From the NCBI RefSeq assembly GCF_018977255.1, contig NW_024704743.1:94614001-94678000 (forward strand): DNA of 64,000 nucleotides, in the 5' to 3' direction. Positions within the stretch are counted from its first letter, which is position 1. Each line of letters begins with the position of its first letter. The stretch comes from Callorhinchus milii. Lineage: Eukaryota. Below the pieces are notes generated by a model. The model did no database searches and had not been told where the DNA came from. It worked only from the letters and a program-made list of their open reading frames with translations. The position numbers were made by a program, and so were the translations under genes. Positions 23,151 to 36,146 of this stretch are shown in pieces.

Positions 23151-26142
23151 GCCTTATCTAATATCTATTTAGATGTTGTTATTGTTCTCAGCTTTAATAG
23201 CTTGTCACAAACCATTTTATGTTCTAGTTACTTCTCCATGAAAATAATTCTTCTAATCCTTAACCCTTCCTGTAACAATCCTGAATGTATTCCCCTTTGT
23301 TACTGATTCACCAACCATCAGTATAATCCCTGACTACTGTGCCAAAATCAATCAGACTATACCTGCTATGTGTAGAAGCTATTGTTAGTCAAAATAATTC
23401 TCCTACAGTCCCAAGAAATTATTATAAAGCAGAAATGTCAAATACTAGCAGTTTACATCGTAATTGCTCAGAATAACCAGTTAATAATAGTGGGAGCATG
23501 TTAAGCTTGTCAAGAGCAATGGCAAGTGAGAATCAAAGCCAACTGTGCTGCAGTGAATTTCTTCACCTGCAGGAAGTTTCCTGTCACAAAATTACACCAT
23601 CCAGATGAACTTGTCTGCAAGAAGCATAGTTTACTTTAGAGAGAATGACCAAAATGTGTAGAAGGAAGTGTTCAAGGCTAAGTAGGAATTCTCAAAGAGG
23701 CGACAAGAAAACTAAGATGTTCAGAGATTATGCAATCTTTGCTTGTACAAAGTATCAAAGTGTATGCACAGACAAAAGAGTCTTAATGAAAATAAGCACT
23801 CATGAAAAGGCAGCAAATGGAAAGGCCAACCCTAAAACTGAATAGAAAATGCAATTAGCATTTGGCAAAGGACAATTTGCAAAACTTTAATTCATTTGGA
23901 ATTAGTGTTAAAACTGATAAAAAAAATAAACTGTTCTTGTCAGTTTTATTGCAGAAAACCTGGAGCTAATTTTTTCCTACATTTACGTTTTTCCCCAACG
24001 TAAATGTAAGCCTAGTATTTTACACCTGCATTAGGGATTAACAGTGCATTTGTTACTGCCCCCAGAGCTACATATAATTTTTAATTATGTTTTAATTAGT
24101 TGGTGCAGAATTAGAATTCAGCTTCTGCTACTGTTTCAATTATTTCAGCAGTGGGAGGTTAAGACATAAGTGCTGTTGTGTGGCAAATGTACCTTACTTT
24201 CATTAGACTTAGTTTAAAAACATAAATACAAAACTATTGTAATTAAACAATGTATTTCATTCAGGATCCCTTACTGATTCAATGTCTCTGACTGCGCAAG
24301 ATCATAATATTTTGTGGGGAATTTGACAAGAAAATTAAAGGCAAACTTTTATTTAGAGTTCAGTTCTGGTGTACAAGACCATTTTATCTTAAAATTTGAG
24401 ATTGCCACAGAAGCTGTGTAAGTGCAGTTAGTAATTACTGATTGCGCTCGGGGAAACTCAGGAAGTGCCGAAGTTTGGTAGAACTGGCGCATGAACGTGA
24501 TAAATATATTGAGTAGCCCTTTAATTTTTTTTATGTATTTAACGTTTTTGATACTTATGGTGCCATCAAGTCTGAGTCTAGCGTCGATTGCAATAATTTG
24601 GCGGGTAACTGCCTATCTATGATTTGCATAAGTGGATAGAAAGGTGTACTTCAAGCATGATTTTGAATGGACCATTACATCAAGTAATTGGTGCAATACA
24701 CTTACCATTGTATTCTACTGTAATTCGGGGAGGGGCTCAATGCCCATAAAAAAAACGAGTGCCATGGTACTAGGGTCACTTCTACCTGATGACAACATAA
24801 GGTACTTACTCTGACTATTGATGCGCAGTAGTCAGAGGTTGGTCCATCATGCACTTTACATTAACTTCATTACAACCGGCTGTTAGCGTGTGTAGTTTAC
24901 GTATGATTAATATTTGTTACTTCATAGTTGTGTTTGTTTATATTTATCGTGTTATTTAAAATTTAATGTTGAGCTTTCTACATAAATCAAAGGAGGGAAT
25001 ACATAAACAGGTTGAGCCTACGTCACAACCTATTTAGAAAAAAAGACTGAGTACGGAAGCTTCCCAATTTGCTTTGATTTAAATAGCAATTGGCAGTACC
25101 TGTCGACGTGGAAGAAACTCATTAGTCAAGCTACACCTAGTTATAGGGACTTGCATTCATTAGTGAGGATTGAACACAGGCCACCCAGTACACTCTGCGA
25201 GAGGGGAGTGATCCATATCTTGGGTGTACATATAGGGGTGTAAGAACCATCTCAGCTGTCAAGGATATGTGTCGTCACAAGGCACTGATTTGTAAAAAGA
25301 CATTTTGGCACAAGATATCTAACTGTAAATACTTGTTGGGATCTTAAAGGAAGTATATTACATCTGGAGAATAGGAGAATATCCCATAGCACTTCACAGA
25401 TATACTATAAAGTGCAGTGACTGCACGTTTTAGAGTTTTACTTATTTTCCTTTGGGTGACAATGATTTATATTGAAAGCCAATTGCTGAAAGCAGCATTT
25501 TGATAGCTTTTCAGACTGAATGCTAAGTATATATAACATGAAAGGTAATATTATCCCTTTCCACAGCTAGGCACTCAAAAGTTTTTTTTATAACAAAATT
25601 GTGTCATTTTACTGCAAGTCTTTACAGTGTCTGATTCAGTGCTGTTCCATTGAACATTGAGTGATGTTTTGAAAATGTGGTTAACGCTGATTAACAGAAC
25701 TGGTCTAGCTCCTTCTAACACCACAGCTGGGCTGGATTCTCTTGTCCCACATATGCTTCTCATAATGATCAGATCAGCAGACTCTTTCCCTGGCTCAATG
25801 CCACATGTTGCTAATCTGGGATATTCACATTGTGTGCCCTGAAGTTAGTGCGAGGTGGACAAGCCTCTCTTGTTTAGAGAAGTAGTTTATCATAATTTTT
25901 CACATATCAGTGCAGGGTTCAGCTCCAGTCTGTTGTGAATGTTGCTAATAATGGAAAGCTCTTTTTCTTTGCAGCGTTGGCTATGGTTTCCCATAGCTGA
26001 GCATCTTGTGTTTAAACTTTCAGCACTAGCTGGTAATGCACAAATTTAGTAGCATAACGATCAGGTCTACTCAAGTTAACTTGAGGTGACATCATATGAA
26101 TGTTGTACATTAGCAGTTATGGGGAGCTTTTTCATTGATTAA

Positions 26143-26620
26143 CTGGGTGTCTGACACATGCAGAAACCCATCACCGTGCTTCAGAGTATCCAAAGCAACC
26201 TGAGGGTTCCATGGCATCATGGAAATCCCAGAGATAGATTGTTGGAATGGAATGTGCACTCTCTCCCTGGAGGGACGCATCCTGCTTACCCAATTCCGGA
26301 AAGTATTAGGTGCAGGTTGGCAAGAGCCAACGCTTGGGGACCCCAGAGTATGCACTGGGGTCCTGCTAGAGTCGAACCAATTAAAACCGCATAGATGCCA
26401 TTGAGAGCAGTGTCTGGCTACCTGCCAATAGCCAGGCTGGCCGTGCAGTCATCAGCAATGCCCTGGAATACTGCAGATCCTCCTGGCTCAGGAACAGGAC
26501 TACCAAGACCGCCACAGACGGTTGACTTGATTCTGACATTCTGTTATCAAATAGGTCCATTTGGAGCCAATCCAGATCCAAGGAGACCATGCTTATCTTC
26601 CCTCCTCCCAAAGGAGGAAA
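26143..26620. repeat. Family X copy, opposite orientation to 19570
   Basis: Contains CCTGGCTCAGGAAC, CAAGAGCCAACGCTTGGGGACCCC and TTGGAGCCA. Confidence 0.7.
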
Positions 26621-28569
26621 GTCAATAGTTGGTTATCTGGGCTTCCACATCATATTGATTTGAGAAGGTTGATTGCTTCAGTCTCTCTAACACCACTCTT
26701 TGGAACTCCATCCCACAGTCTCTTTGCCTTGTTCCTTCCCTCGCCTCCTTCAAGGCACGTCTCAAAACCCTCATTTTCAAACCCGCCTTCGGCTGCCCTC
26801 CTACTCCTCTTTGCGCCGGAAGGGGATCAAGAACAAATTTAAGGTTGTGACTATGGGTATTGAAGGAGAGGTTCCGAAGAACTTATTCTAGATTTTGGAA
26901 TGATTTGCCAGGAGGTGGCTATTAGAGTAGAGTCAATTGGGTGTACAGTATTTTAAAAAAAAGGCCGAAACACATGCAGAAGATGGATATTTAAGGGTAC
27001 AGGGAATTGGGGATTAAGATGGATGGCTTCTTGGAGAAGCAATCACTGACACGGATGGCCTCCTACTGGGCTGTACATTTCTATGATTCTATGGCTAAAA
27101 CAAATCAAATCACTGGCAAAAGATTCCTCTGCAAATTAATGTGACTATGTATTGCAAGCCATGAAAAAATTGCTTTTAAGTTACCAAAGTGTAAATTGTA
27201 TCTTCATGGAAGATTTAATATCCCACAAATCTAAGAGTTTGACTTGGTCAATGGTACAATTTAATTTTTTTTAACCATAGCAGCACGTAAAACTGCAGTG
27301 TGACTTTTACATCAATATGAATGATACATCAGGTTTCACTCTATATGAAATCCAATCTGTATTAGTTTATTAGATCACTATCAGTAAAGAGAACAAGCAT
27401 TGCATATAATTCACACATTCTGCAGTCCTTCAGGGCACAGTTGATAATCGATTAGTCTTGTCTTGATCAAACCAGAAACATAATAATTCCTGCATTTGAT
27501 AAAGTGCCTTTTCATTTTGTGGAGATGTCTCAAGGTGCTTCACGGGATTTATTGTAAAGTGTAGTGACTCTGCATTTGTAGGCAAGTGTGGCAGCCAATT
27601 TGCCTACAGAAGACCATTTGTCCCATTGTGTCTGTGATCAATAGTTTCAGTCCCGTTGCACCTGCCCTCTCTTCATACCAGATATGCTAAGAAATGGTCA
27701 TACATCTTAACAGAAGCCGATAGCCTTCAATAACTGAATACATAATACTTCAATTAATTATGTGTAGCAAATATCAGATCTATCAAAACAATTTAGTGGT
27801 CATTTCAAATATCCTTTCCATGAGTATTTTAGTTAATTAAACATTGATTAAATTAAAATTTAATTTGGCATGGGGTGGGGTGTTGTCATCAGTAACGAGA
27901 AAAAACTAACAGATGTGAATTTCTTATGACTAAGTCAAACAACTTTGACAATGTGCACATATAATGAGAGAATGCCATTGTGTGTATCAAAAGTAGTAAA
28001 AGGGATTTCATGTCTTCCATTGTATTACTACCAATCAGATTTTGAATTTAACTAAATTATTTGTGCCACAGGCAGAAATATTATATACCTTATGAACAAC
28101 ACTTATGCATTGCTGCATTATTATTCTGGCTGACACCTTGGAAATGATATTAGCGCTACTTAACCATTATCCAGGAATGGGGTTCAACAAAATCAATAGC
28201 CACAGAAAGCTGTACAGTACTAAGAGTGTGAACATAGATTATTACTTGATGCTTAAAAACAATTTAGTACATGGACATTATTCAGAAAATAGCAACGCGA
28301 AGCCATTAAGCCTACAAAAATGCACATTCGCTACACTTTAGAGTGAATGCTGTGAAATGCTCCAAGATGAATCGCTACAATGTCAAAGATGCTGTACCAA
28401 ATGAAAAGATTATTTTTTATAAAATATACATTTTGGATTGTAAGAGATTTACTTAAAACTGAGTTTGCCAAGTCAAATTTCTACCTTTCTATTTTGTTCA
28501 TAACAACAAAGAATTTTAATGGAGACCAGTTGGGTGTAACTTTGTAGGCAAATACTTTCCACTATTAAT

Positions 28570-28918
28570 AAACAATAATAATCCTTGCAATTAGTATAGT
28601 GCCTTATCACATCTTTAAGGTATCTCAAAACACTTCTCAGGATTTTACTGTGAAGTATAGTGATGATATTTGTAGGCGAACACGACAGCCAATTTACGCA
28701 CGACAGTATTCCACAAACAGCCAATTAAATGAATGAACAATTTTGGCAGGAAAGCAGGAGAGATTCCCTTCTCTTTTTGAATAGCACCACAAGATCAGAT
28801 AGACGGGGCTTTGGTTGAACACCTCATCTGAAGGATGGCACGTCTAACAATGCATCACACCCCAGCGCTGCATTGGAGTGGTCACCTAGTTCAGAGTCCC
28901 AACTTGGGGCTTGAATTT
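28570..28918 (-). mobile_element. Deu-type SINE whose head is interrupted by the adjacent L2
   Basis: Deu body (ctcatctgaaggatggcac..) is present; the head resumes as gaatttacaacc after 29785. Confidence 0.7.
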
Positions 28919-29785
28919 GCTATCTGACATCAAATCCTGGATGAGAGCTAACTTTCTTCAGTTGAATGTCAACAAGACTGAGGCTCTACTGATTGGCTTC
29001 CCACCTTAGGCGCTGACAGCATCACCATCCACGGATGCACACTCCACCTTACTAAGCCAGTCTGGAACCTTGGTGTCTTGTTTGAAACTCATCTATCCTT
29101 TCTAACCCAAATCCGTGTCATGACCCGCTCTGTCTTCCCCCACCTCCGCAACATCGCCCGGCTTTGTCACTGTCTCACACCTCAGGCCGCTGAAACCCTC
29201 ATACACGTATTCATTACATCGAGGCTTGACTATGCAAACTCTTTGCTTGTCGGTCTCCCCAACTCCTCTCTCCATAGGTTGCAGATCATCCAGAACTCTG
29301 CAGTCCATGTCCTCTTGCACACAAGGCCCCATAGCCCTATCACCCCCATCCTTGCTCAACTCCACTGGCTTCCCATCACATAAAGGATACAGTTCAAGAT
29401 CCTGATCCTCACCTTCATGGTCTTGCTCCCCGCTACCTCTGTGACCTCCTAACCCCTACCATCCTGCCCGGTTCCTCCGCTCAGCGGGCTCCAGCCTGCT
29501 TCATGTCCCCCGCCTCGCCCGCCCCACCATCGGCGGGTGAGCCTTCTGCCACTCTATCCCACTCTCTGGAACTCCAACCCGCAGTGCCTCCGCCTCACCC
29601 CCTCCCTTGCCTCCTTCAAGAGCCATCTCAAGACCCTCCTACTGTGCTTTCGATCACCCTGCTTCACCCTTGTCCTCCACCCTCCCTAATCCCGACAACC
29701 AGCTCAGGCCCAAAAATCTGACTGTCCAGCACCTTGAGATGACCTCCTGATGTGAAAGGCACTATACAAATATAATTTTGTTGTC
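28919..29785 (+). mobile_element. 5'-truncated L2 with 6-bp TSD
   Basis: ORF 29078..29383 (SRLDYANSLL..LHWLPI). GAATTT at 28913-28918 and 29786-29791. Confidence 0.9.
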
Positions 29786-30116
29786 GAATTTACAACCTCG
29801 ATATTTGGACTCTTCACATTATCAGCTTAATGAGTGGGTAGGATTCTGCAGTAAATTATTGCATGCAGATCAAGTGTAAGTCTGATTGATAGTGCAAACC
29901 CAAACTAACATTGCTGTTTAAATGACTTAGCTCCCTTCATAAAATCTTCTTTGAAACATAATTCGCTTTCTGGAGTAAATAACACAATTATTAATTTGGA
30001 AGTGATTAATTTTGGCAGGATACAATAATTTTTTAAAGAAGCAAATCTAACCATTAGACTTCTTACTCTACCTTGAATATGCCAAACTGGAATTGATATT
30101 TATTCCGTGGTATAAT

Positions 30117-30357
30117 CTTGGGCAAGTTTCCTTACTCCACTCGCCTATTAATAATCCCTCCAAACCAAAACAATAATAAATTGGTCATTTTCAATCTACG
30201 ACTGTTTGCGGGACACTGCTGTGCGCAATTGGCTGCCGCGTTCGCCCACAAATATACAGTCAATTCACTTTACAGTGTGTTCTGTGAAGCGCTTTGGGAC
30301 GTCCTCCCGACGTGAAAAGCGCTATATCAAATGCAAGGATTATTATTATTATTATAA
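30117..30357 (+). mobile_element. 5'-truncated tRNA-SINE (CTCCC-loop subfamily)
   Basis: Body and tail are nearly identical to 12696-13020. Confidence 0.9.
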
Positions 30358-31050
30358 TGAGTATCTTTGTCATTAATTCAATTTTGTTTGTGCCATTTAC
30401 TGAGCTCACTGACATGTTGCCTGTTTCAGTGTTTTGGTTCTTTCTCCACTCTGGTTTTCCTCTTTCTCTCTAGTGTCAGGTTCACATTGATTTCTTTCTT
30501 TTTTTCTTTTTCCTATGACAAAAAAAGTGTGAAAATCAGATCATGGAAAGGTCCAGGTAAAATGTAACTAAGGAAAATCTCTGACAAATGGGAAAACGAA
30601 TCAAAATAAATAAAAAAAGCACACACAGACTTTTGAAAAAATGTTTTAAATTAATCAAAATGAAAGAAAAAAATCTAACATCCAGATATAGTAACACTTT
30701 TGCCTACAGAAATGGTCACTACATTTGATAGTAATAATCTGTAAAGTGCTTTGAGACATTTTGATATGAGTTTTATCAAATGGAGGTTTATTACTGTTGA
30801 TTGACCTTAAGGTTCTTATTGAAGTCGTGCCAAAAATTTAATTTAGGTGTCACTGTTTTGCAGATGCCATTCCTTTAGGAAATTAACCATTCTGCAAGCT
30901 CCAATCCAGAGTGAGAAACACGTAATGGGTATAATGTATGTGTGCACCCATATAAATCTATTGCAAGTACAGGAATTAATATAAATTAATTCACCGATTA
31001 TAAAAGCTCCTGAAAGACTGTCAATTTTTATGTATATATATATGTTTATA

Positions 31051-31359
31051 ATTCCCGGGCAGGGCTAGAAGTTGGGCAAGTTTTGTTCCTCCACACGCCT
31101 CTGTTTGCCTAGCAGTAAGTAGGAACCCAGTTGTTAGTCGATTGGCAAATCGCTTTTCCGAGAGTAATAATCCTGTTTTAAAAAAATAATCATTTGATCA
31201 CTCAATTCACGACTATTTGTGGGGCAATTTTGGTTGCCTTGCTTCGCCCATAAAATATAGGGTCAATCAACGTTATTGTATATTCTGTTAAGTGCCTTGA
31301 GATGTCTCGAAGACGTGATAAGGCGCTATATCAAATGCAAATAATATTATTAGTAATAA
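31051..31359 (+). mobile_element. tRNA-SINE, long subfamily with ~55 bp extra segment, 5'-truncated
   Basis: Extra segment ctctgtttgcctagcagtaagtaggaaccc..gattgg is shared with 33057-33380, 54715-55074 and 63510-63595. Confidence 0.8.
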
Positions 31360-31519
31360 TTTCAAAGTGACCAGAAAAACTAGTGACTTAAAGTCTGATC
31401 ATACTCTGGAACCTTTCTTATATGCCAAAGTTTGTATTCAGTGTTGTTTGAAATTGTATGCTGAGCCATATATACCCTTGGAGCATAATGGACATGGTTA
31501 CTGATCTCAATTTGCTTGG

Positions 31520-31995
31520 TCAGCTGACAAGTGTGGAATCCAAATACATGCTTAAGAGTATCCAAACCAAACAGAATTCCACATACGTATGCCACTTACA
31601 CATGGAAGTTTCTCTATATCTGGAATGTACAACTCTCACCCTGAGGAAAGCAACCTGCTTACCTAATTCTGGGAACTCTGAGGCACATGTTTGTAAGAGC
31701 CAAGCCTTGGGGACCGCAGAATGTGCATTTAGGTATCGTTACATTGAGAGGACTGTGTGGTAAGCTTCCTGCTGCTTTTCCAGCTAGGAATACAGAAGCT
31801 GCTTTGGTTAATAGAAGCTGAGAGAAAAATCCCCGCTCCTCGTGACTGGTCTGCCAATGACCCTGGGCTGACATCAGCAGTGCCCTCGAGTACTACAGCC
31901 CCATCTGGCTCGAAGCTCGATCACTGAGACCACCACAGAGGGTTGACTTAATTTCAACATTCTATTGGCAAGCATATCACATTGGAGCCAGCTCA
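31520..31995. repeat. Family X copy
   Basis: Contains AAGAGTATCCAAACCAAAC, AGAGCCAAGCCTTGGGGACC, CATCAGCAGTGCCCT and TTGGAGCCAG. Confidence 0.7.
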
Positions 31996-33056
31996 AGCAT
32001 TGCTGTTTGCTTATGGAACGCTCAATTCATTTCTAATCTTGTGTTTCTTCCTTTTGCTAAGTAGTCTTTCCCCATGGATCCCACATTTCTCCTCAGCTCA
32101 CAACGTTTGCTCGTTACCTCCTCAAATCCAACTTACCCATATCTTTTGATTCAGCTCCAAACTCCCATTCATCTCTTGATTCACCTCCCAGGCCTTTCAT
32201 TGCTTGAATCCACTCCTGGTCGCCTCCACTCCGCCTCGGCTCTGGAAGCTGAGAGCTGCATCAAGATGAATAGAACAGGAGCTAATGAGTAAGATGGAAG
32301 GAGACCTTTGTTGAGGAGGCAGAAACAGTGGATGCTGAGCTGGTGGGGGGAGCATGGAGAGGGAACTGACGTAGAGTGGAAGGCGCAATATGATGTGGAA
32401 GCTAATTTAGATAAACACAGAAGAAACTGAGTTAGAAAGGCAAGTGGGATGAAAGTAGGGAAGATTTTGGCAGATAACCCTGGCTGCAGATAATAGGGGC
32501 ACAGGTAATCAATCTGCAACTATCAGATAAAAAGTCATCTACCTTTGTAAACAACAGAATATTCTTAAATCCAATCTTACTTTATAGACTTTAATATGTT
32601 CTTGGAAGAAACCAATTTTTTTTCACTTTTCAAGAAGATTGAGAGGAACTTGAAAACCTTTTATTACACAATGCAAGTGAAATTCACTCAGACACAAATG
32701 ATAAATCTCTAGTTCAGTTAGTTGCAAATTAGGGCTGGCTCTATTCTTGTACTTTAATGAGTTTCACCATATCCTTTTAAAAAAAAACACTGCTTTGAGT
32801 GCAAATAACTTACCTCTGTTAGCACTCTTCATATTGATCGTGCTGATTTGGGGGACTACATCATTTTTGCCAAATATGTATTAGACAATCTCTTAACTAA
32901 ATGAGCTAATTTGAAATGGATGCATTCTTCAATTAAACAAAGTGGGTAAATGAGAAAAACAGACATTTCTGTGAAGCCTTTATTCAATAGAGTTGATGGA
33001 GCAGGGGATGATACAGGAATTGCAAGTTTATAGCACAAAAAGAAGCCATTCAACTC

Positions 33057-33380
33057 ATAATAATGATAATAATAATCATCTTTGCATTTGATATGGCACC
33101 TTATTATGTCATTTAAGACGTCTCAAAGCACTTCACAGAATATACTGTAAAGTGAATTGACTGTATATTTTATGGGCGAAATGTGGTAGCCAATTCTGCA
33201 CAGCAGTGTCCCACAAACATTCGTGGATTGAGTGACCAAATTATTCATTTTTTTTGAAGGGATTATTACCATTGGGAAAGCAATCCACCAATCGACCAAC
33301 AACCAGGTTCCCAATTACTGCTGGGTAAACAGAGGTGTGTGGGGTAAGGAAACTCGCCCAAGGTTTTGCCCCGCCCGGGA
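33057..33380 (-). mobile_element. tRNA-SINE, long subfamily
   Basis: Tail, body and extra segment present; head truncated. Confidence 0.8.
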
Positions 33381-35235
33381 CTTTCTCCCTAACTGAAACT
33401 GCTTTAATCCTATTACACTGCTGTTTCCCAATATTATTTTTCTTACAGTCTAATATACTTTTATTTTGAGATAATCCAAGTTTAGCTTCAGAAAACCAAA
33501 ATGCTAAGCAAAAAAATCTGATTATGATTTTTGGATGCTCTGTTCTACAGTTTAGTCTTTAACAACAGTTTATTTACAGTGTGCAAAGTAAAGGTATTGG
33601 CTGATATGTGGAATTGAGCACAAACGTTTGCCCTAGTCACTTAAAAGTACAACTGGTGAATGCTGATATTGTTCTTATTCGTGATTTTTAAATGCCTTCC
33701 CCTTTACTCTCATCTAATGCTGTATATCTTTTGTGACTGAGAGCGCACCAGCTCTGGATCTAATTCACAGTGTGTTTCTCTATAAGATGACTCCCAGCAG
33801 GTGTGCATGAGCTGCCTATTTGGCTGCTCCTCTGATCTTTATCCCTCCCTGCATGAAAGAAACTGGCTTTATTTCATGCACCGTCCTCCTCCCCGCTTCA
33901 CAACAGCACAGCTAAAAGTGGAAACCCAGCTTCTGGGTGCGAGAGTGTGCACGCTGGAGCTCCAACCCACTGCACCACTTCGCCAGCTCACTGTTCACCT
34001 TATATAATTGGCACACATTCAGTTGAAGGTACTCTCGGGGATTAACTGGAAGTTTTGTTTATGAAATTGTAGTTATTGGATGAATTTATATGCTCATTGT
34101 AGTGAGTAATATCATAACAAATCTTGCATTTGATATACCGCCTTATCAAGTCTTTGAGATATCTTAAAGCACTTCACAGGATATTACTGTAAAGTGCAGT
34201 GAATGTATGTTTTGTGAGGCGAATGGAATACTTTTCTGCTTCTATCATCCAAGGTCAGTATCAAACAAATCCAGGCACGTCGGTCAGGTACAAGATTGTA
34301 AAGCTGCCTTTACTTTGTCTTGATCCCAATCTCAAAAAGTACCCCTTCACTGCATCATTTTTGATATCAGCCTGTTTGAGTGCAATTGTCAATGTAGTTT
34401 CAAATTATGGTTGGTTTTTATTATTGGGTTTATTACTTTTATCAGATCTCTTGGATGTCACTGGTTTTATAAGGAAGAGCTGAAGCTCACTTTCTCATGT
34501 TTTTAGCCCCATGACCATTGTTTTAAAGTTTACGATTGGGCAGAATTATGAAATTCCCTGTCTTGATTCGGAGACTAGGAAAAAAAACCTGGAGAAAAAC
34601 AGCTTCCAAATAACAATTGAATTTACACAAATGCTGCACCATATTAAATCCTAATATAAATCTTATATCCCGCTGTGTTTTTAAGGATAACAAGTTGAGA
34701 AATTTTGGGCCTCAGATAATTAGTAATTCCGTCGCTCTGCCAGAAAATGTATTACTTCAGCACCTATTCAAAAAGGCTCTATGGTTACAGTTTATAAAAA
34801 GCAGCTCAGTAAATGTGTTTCTGCATTCTGTCTGCCGTATTGGTTTCCTCGTGTTTTTGGGTTCCAACAGAAATAAGTTTGCAGTTACATTCCATCAGTG
34901 TTGCCAGTTGAGGGAACTTCTTTGATGAGAGTTAATGAGCCGTGCACATTTACTACTAAACAGAATTTTTAATGCAATGTGAAATGACATTTTAGAAATA
35001 AAGGCTCTTTGTAAATATCCACAGCTGTTCCATCCTGGAATGACGATTTTTACTTTGCAGACTGACATTTACACTTGTCCGGTGACAAATTTCTGTTATC
35101 ACAAGTAGGGATCTCATTGTTTTTTGGTCAGACGGGTGTCTGACATGTGGTAATCCATCACCATGCTTAAGAGTATCCAAACCAAACTGAAAGTGCCATG
35201 CATCCCACCCCACATATGGGAATTCCCATGTATTG

Positions 35236-35790
35236 ATTACGGGAACTCCCTCCTCATCGGCCTTCCCAATTCTTCCCTTCACAAGCTGCAGATCATCCAA
35301 AACTCATGCAGCTTGTGTACTCTCACGCACCAGGCTCCGTGACCCCATCGCTCCCACCCTTGCCCGACTCCACTGGCTCCCCATCCCTCAGAGGATCGAG
35401 TTCAAGATCCTCGTCACCTTTAAGGCCCTCCTACCTCTCTGACCTGCTGACTCCCTACGAGCCTGCCCGCGCCCTCCGTTCATCGGGCTCCGGCCTGCTC
35501 CATGTCTCCTGCCCGATCCGCCCTTCCATCGGTGGCTGGGCTTTCAACCTCTCTGCCCCTACACTCTGGAACTCCATCCCACGGTCCCTTCGCCTCGCTT
35601 CCTCCCTTGCCTCCTTCAAGGTCAGTCTCAAGACCTTTCCCTTCAACCGTGCCTTTGGTCTCCCTCCCACCTCTCAGCCTTCCCTCACCCCTACACCCCA
35701 TGCTTGAGCCCCGACACCTGACTGTTCAGCGCTTTGGGACGTCCTCCCAACGTGAAAGGCGCTCTATAAATGTAATTTTGCTGTTGTTGT
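35236..35790 (+). mobile_element. 5'-truncated L2 with 7-bp TSD
   Basis: Encodes LARLHWLPIPQRIEFKIL and PTLWNSIP. TGTATTG at 35229-35235 and 35791-35797. Confidence 0.9.
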
Positions 35791-35834
35791 TGTATTGGAA
35801 TAGAATGCAATTCTCTTCTGGGAGGGAACCACAT

Positions 35835-36146
35835 GGCGTCCTGTAGCTCAGTGGTTAGAGCACTCACTTTGCAAGCGAGAGACCTGGGTTCGATTCCTGG
35901 CAGGGTGAAACCTTGGGCAAGTTTCCTTACTCCACACGCCTGATAATAATCCCTCAAAACAAAACAATAATAAATTGGTCATTTCAATCCACGACTGTTT
36001 GTGGGACACTGCTGTGCGCAATTGGCTGCCGCATTTCGCCCACAAATATAGTCAATTCACTTTACAGTCTATTCTGTGAAGCGCTTTGACATGTCTAGAA
36101 GACATGAAAAGTGCTATATCAAATGCAGGGTTATTATTATTATTAT
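35835..36146 (+). mobile_element. Full-length tRNA(Ala)-derived SINE (TAGAA-loop subfamily)
   Basis: A box, B box GGTTCGATTCC, anticodon loop TTTGCAA and (TTA)n tail. Confidence 0.9.

Noticed and set aside
24786..24840. CTGATGA as a hammerhead ribozyme core (also other CTGATGA sites)
   Set aside because: No correctly placed stem II followed by GAAA at the sites I checked.
35835..35912. tRNA-Ala(TGC)-like cloverleaf with A and B boxes (also 13275, 60297, 62871 and minus-strand copies)
   Set aside because: Always followed by the same SINE body and tail, with an imperfect acceptor stem and copy-specific mutations. These are SINE heads, not tRNA genes.
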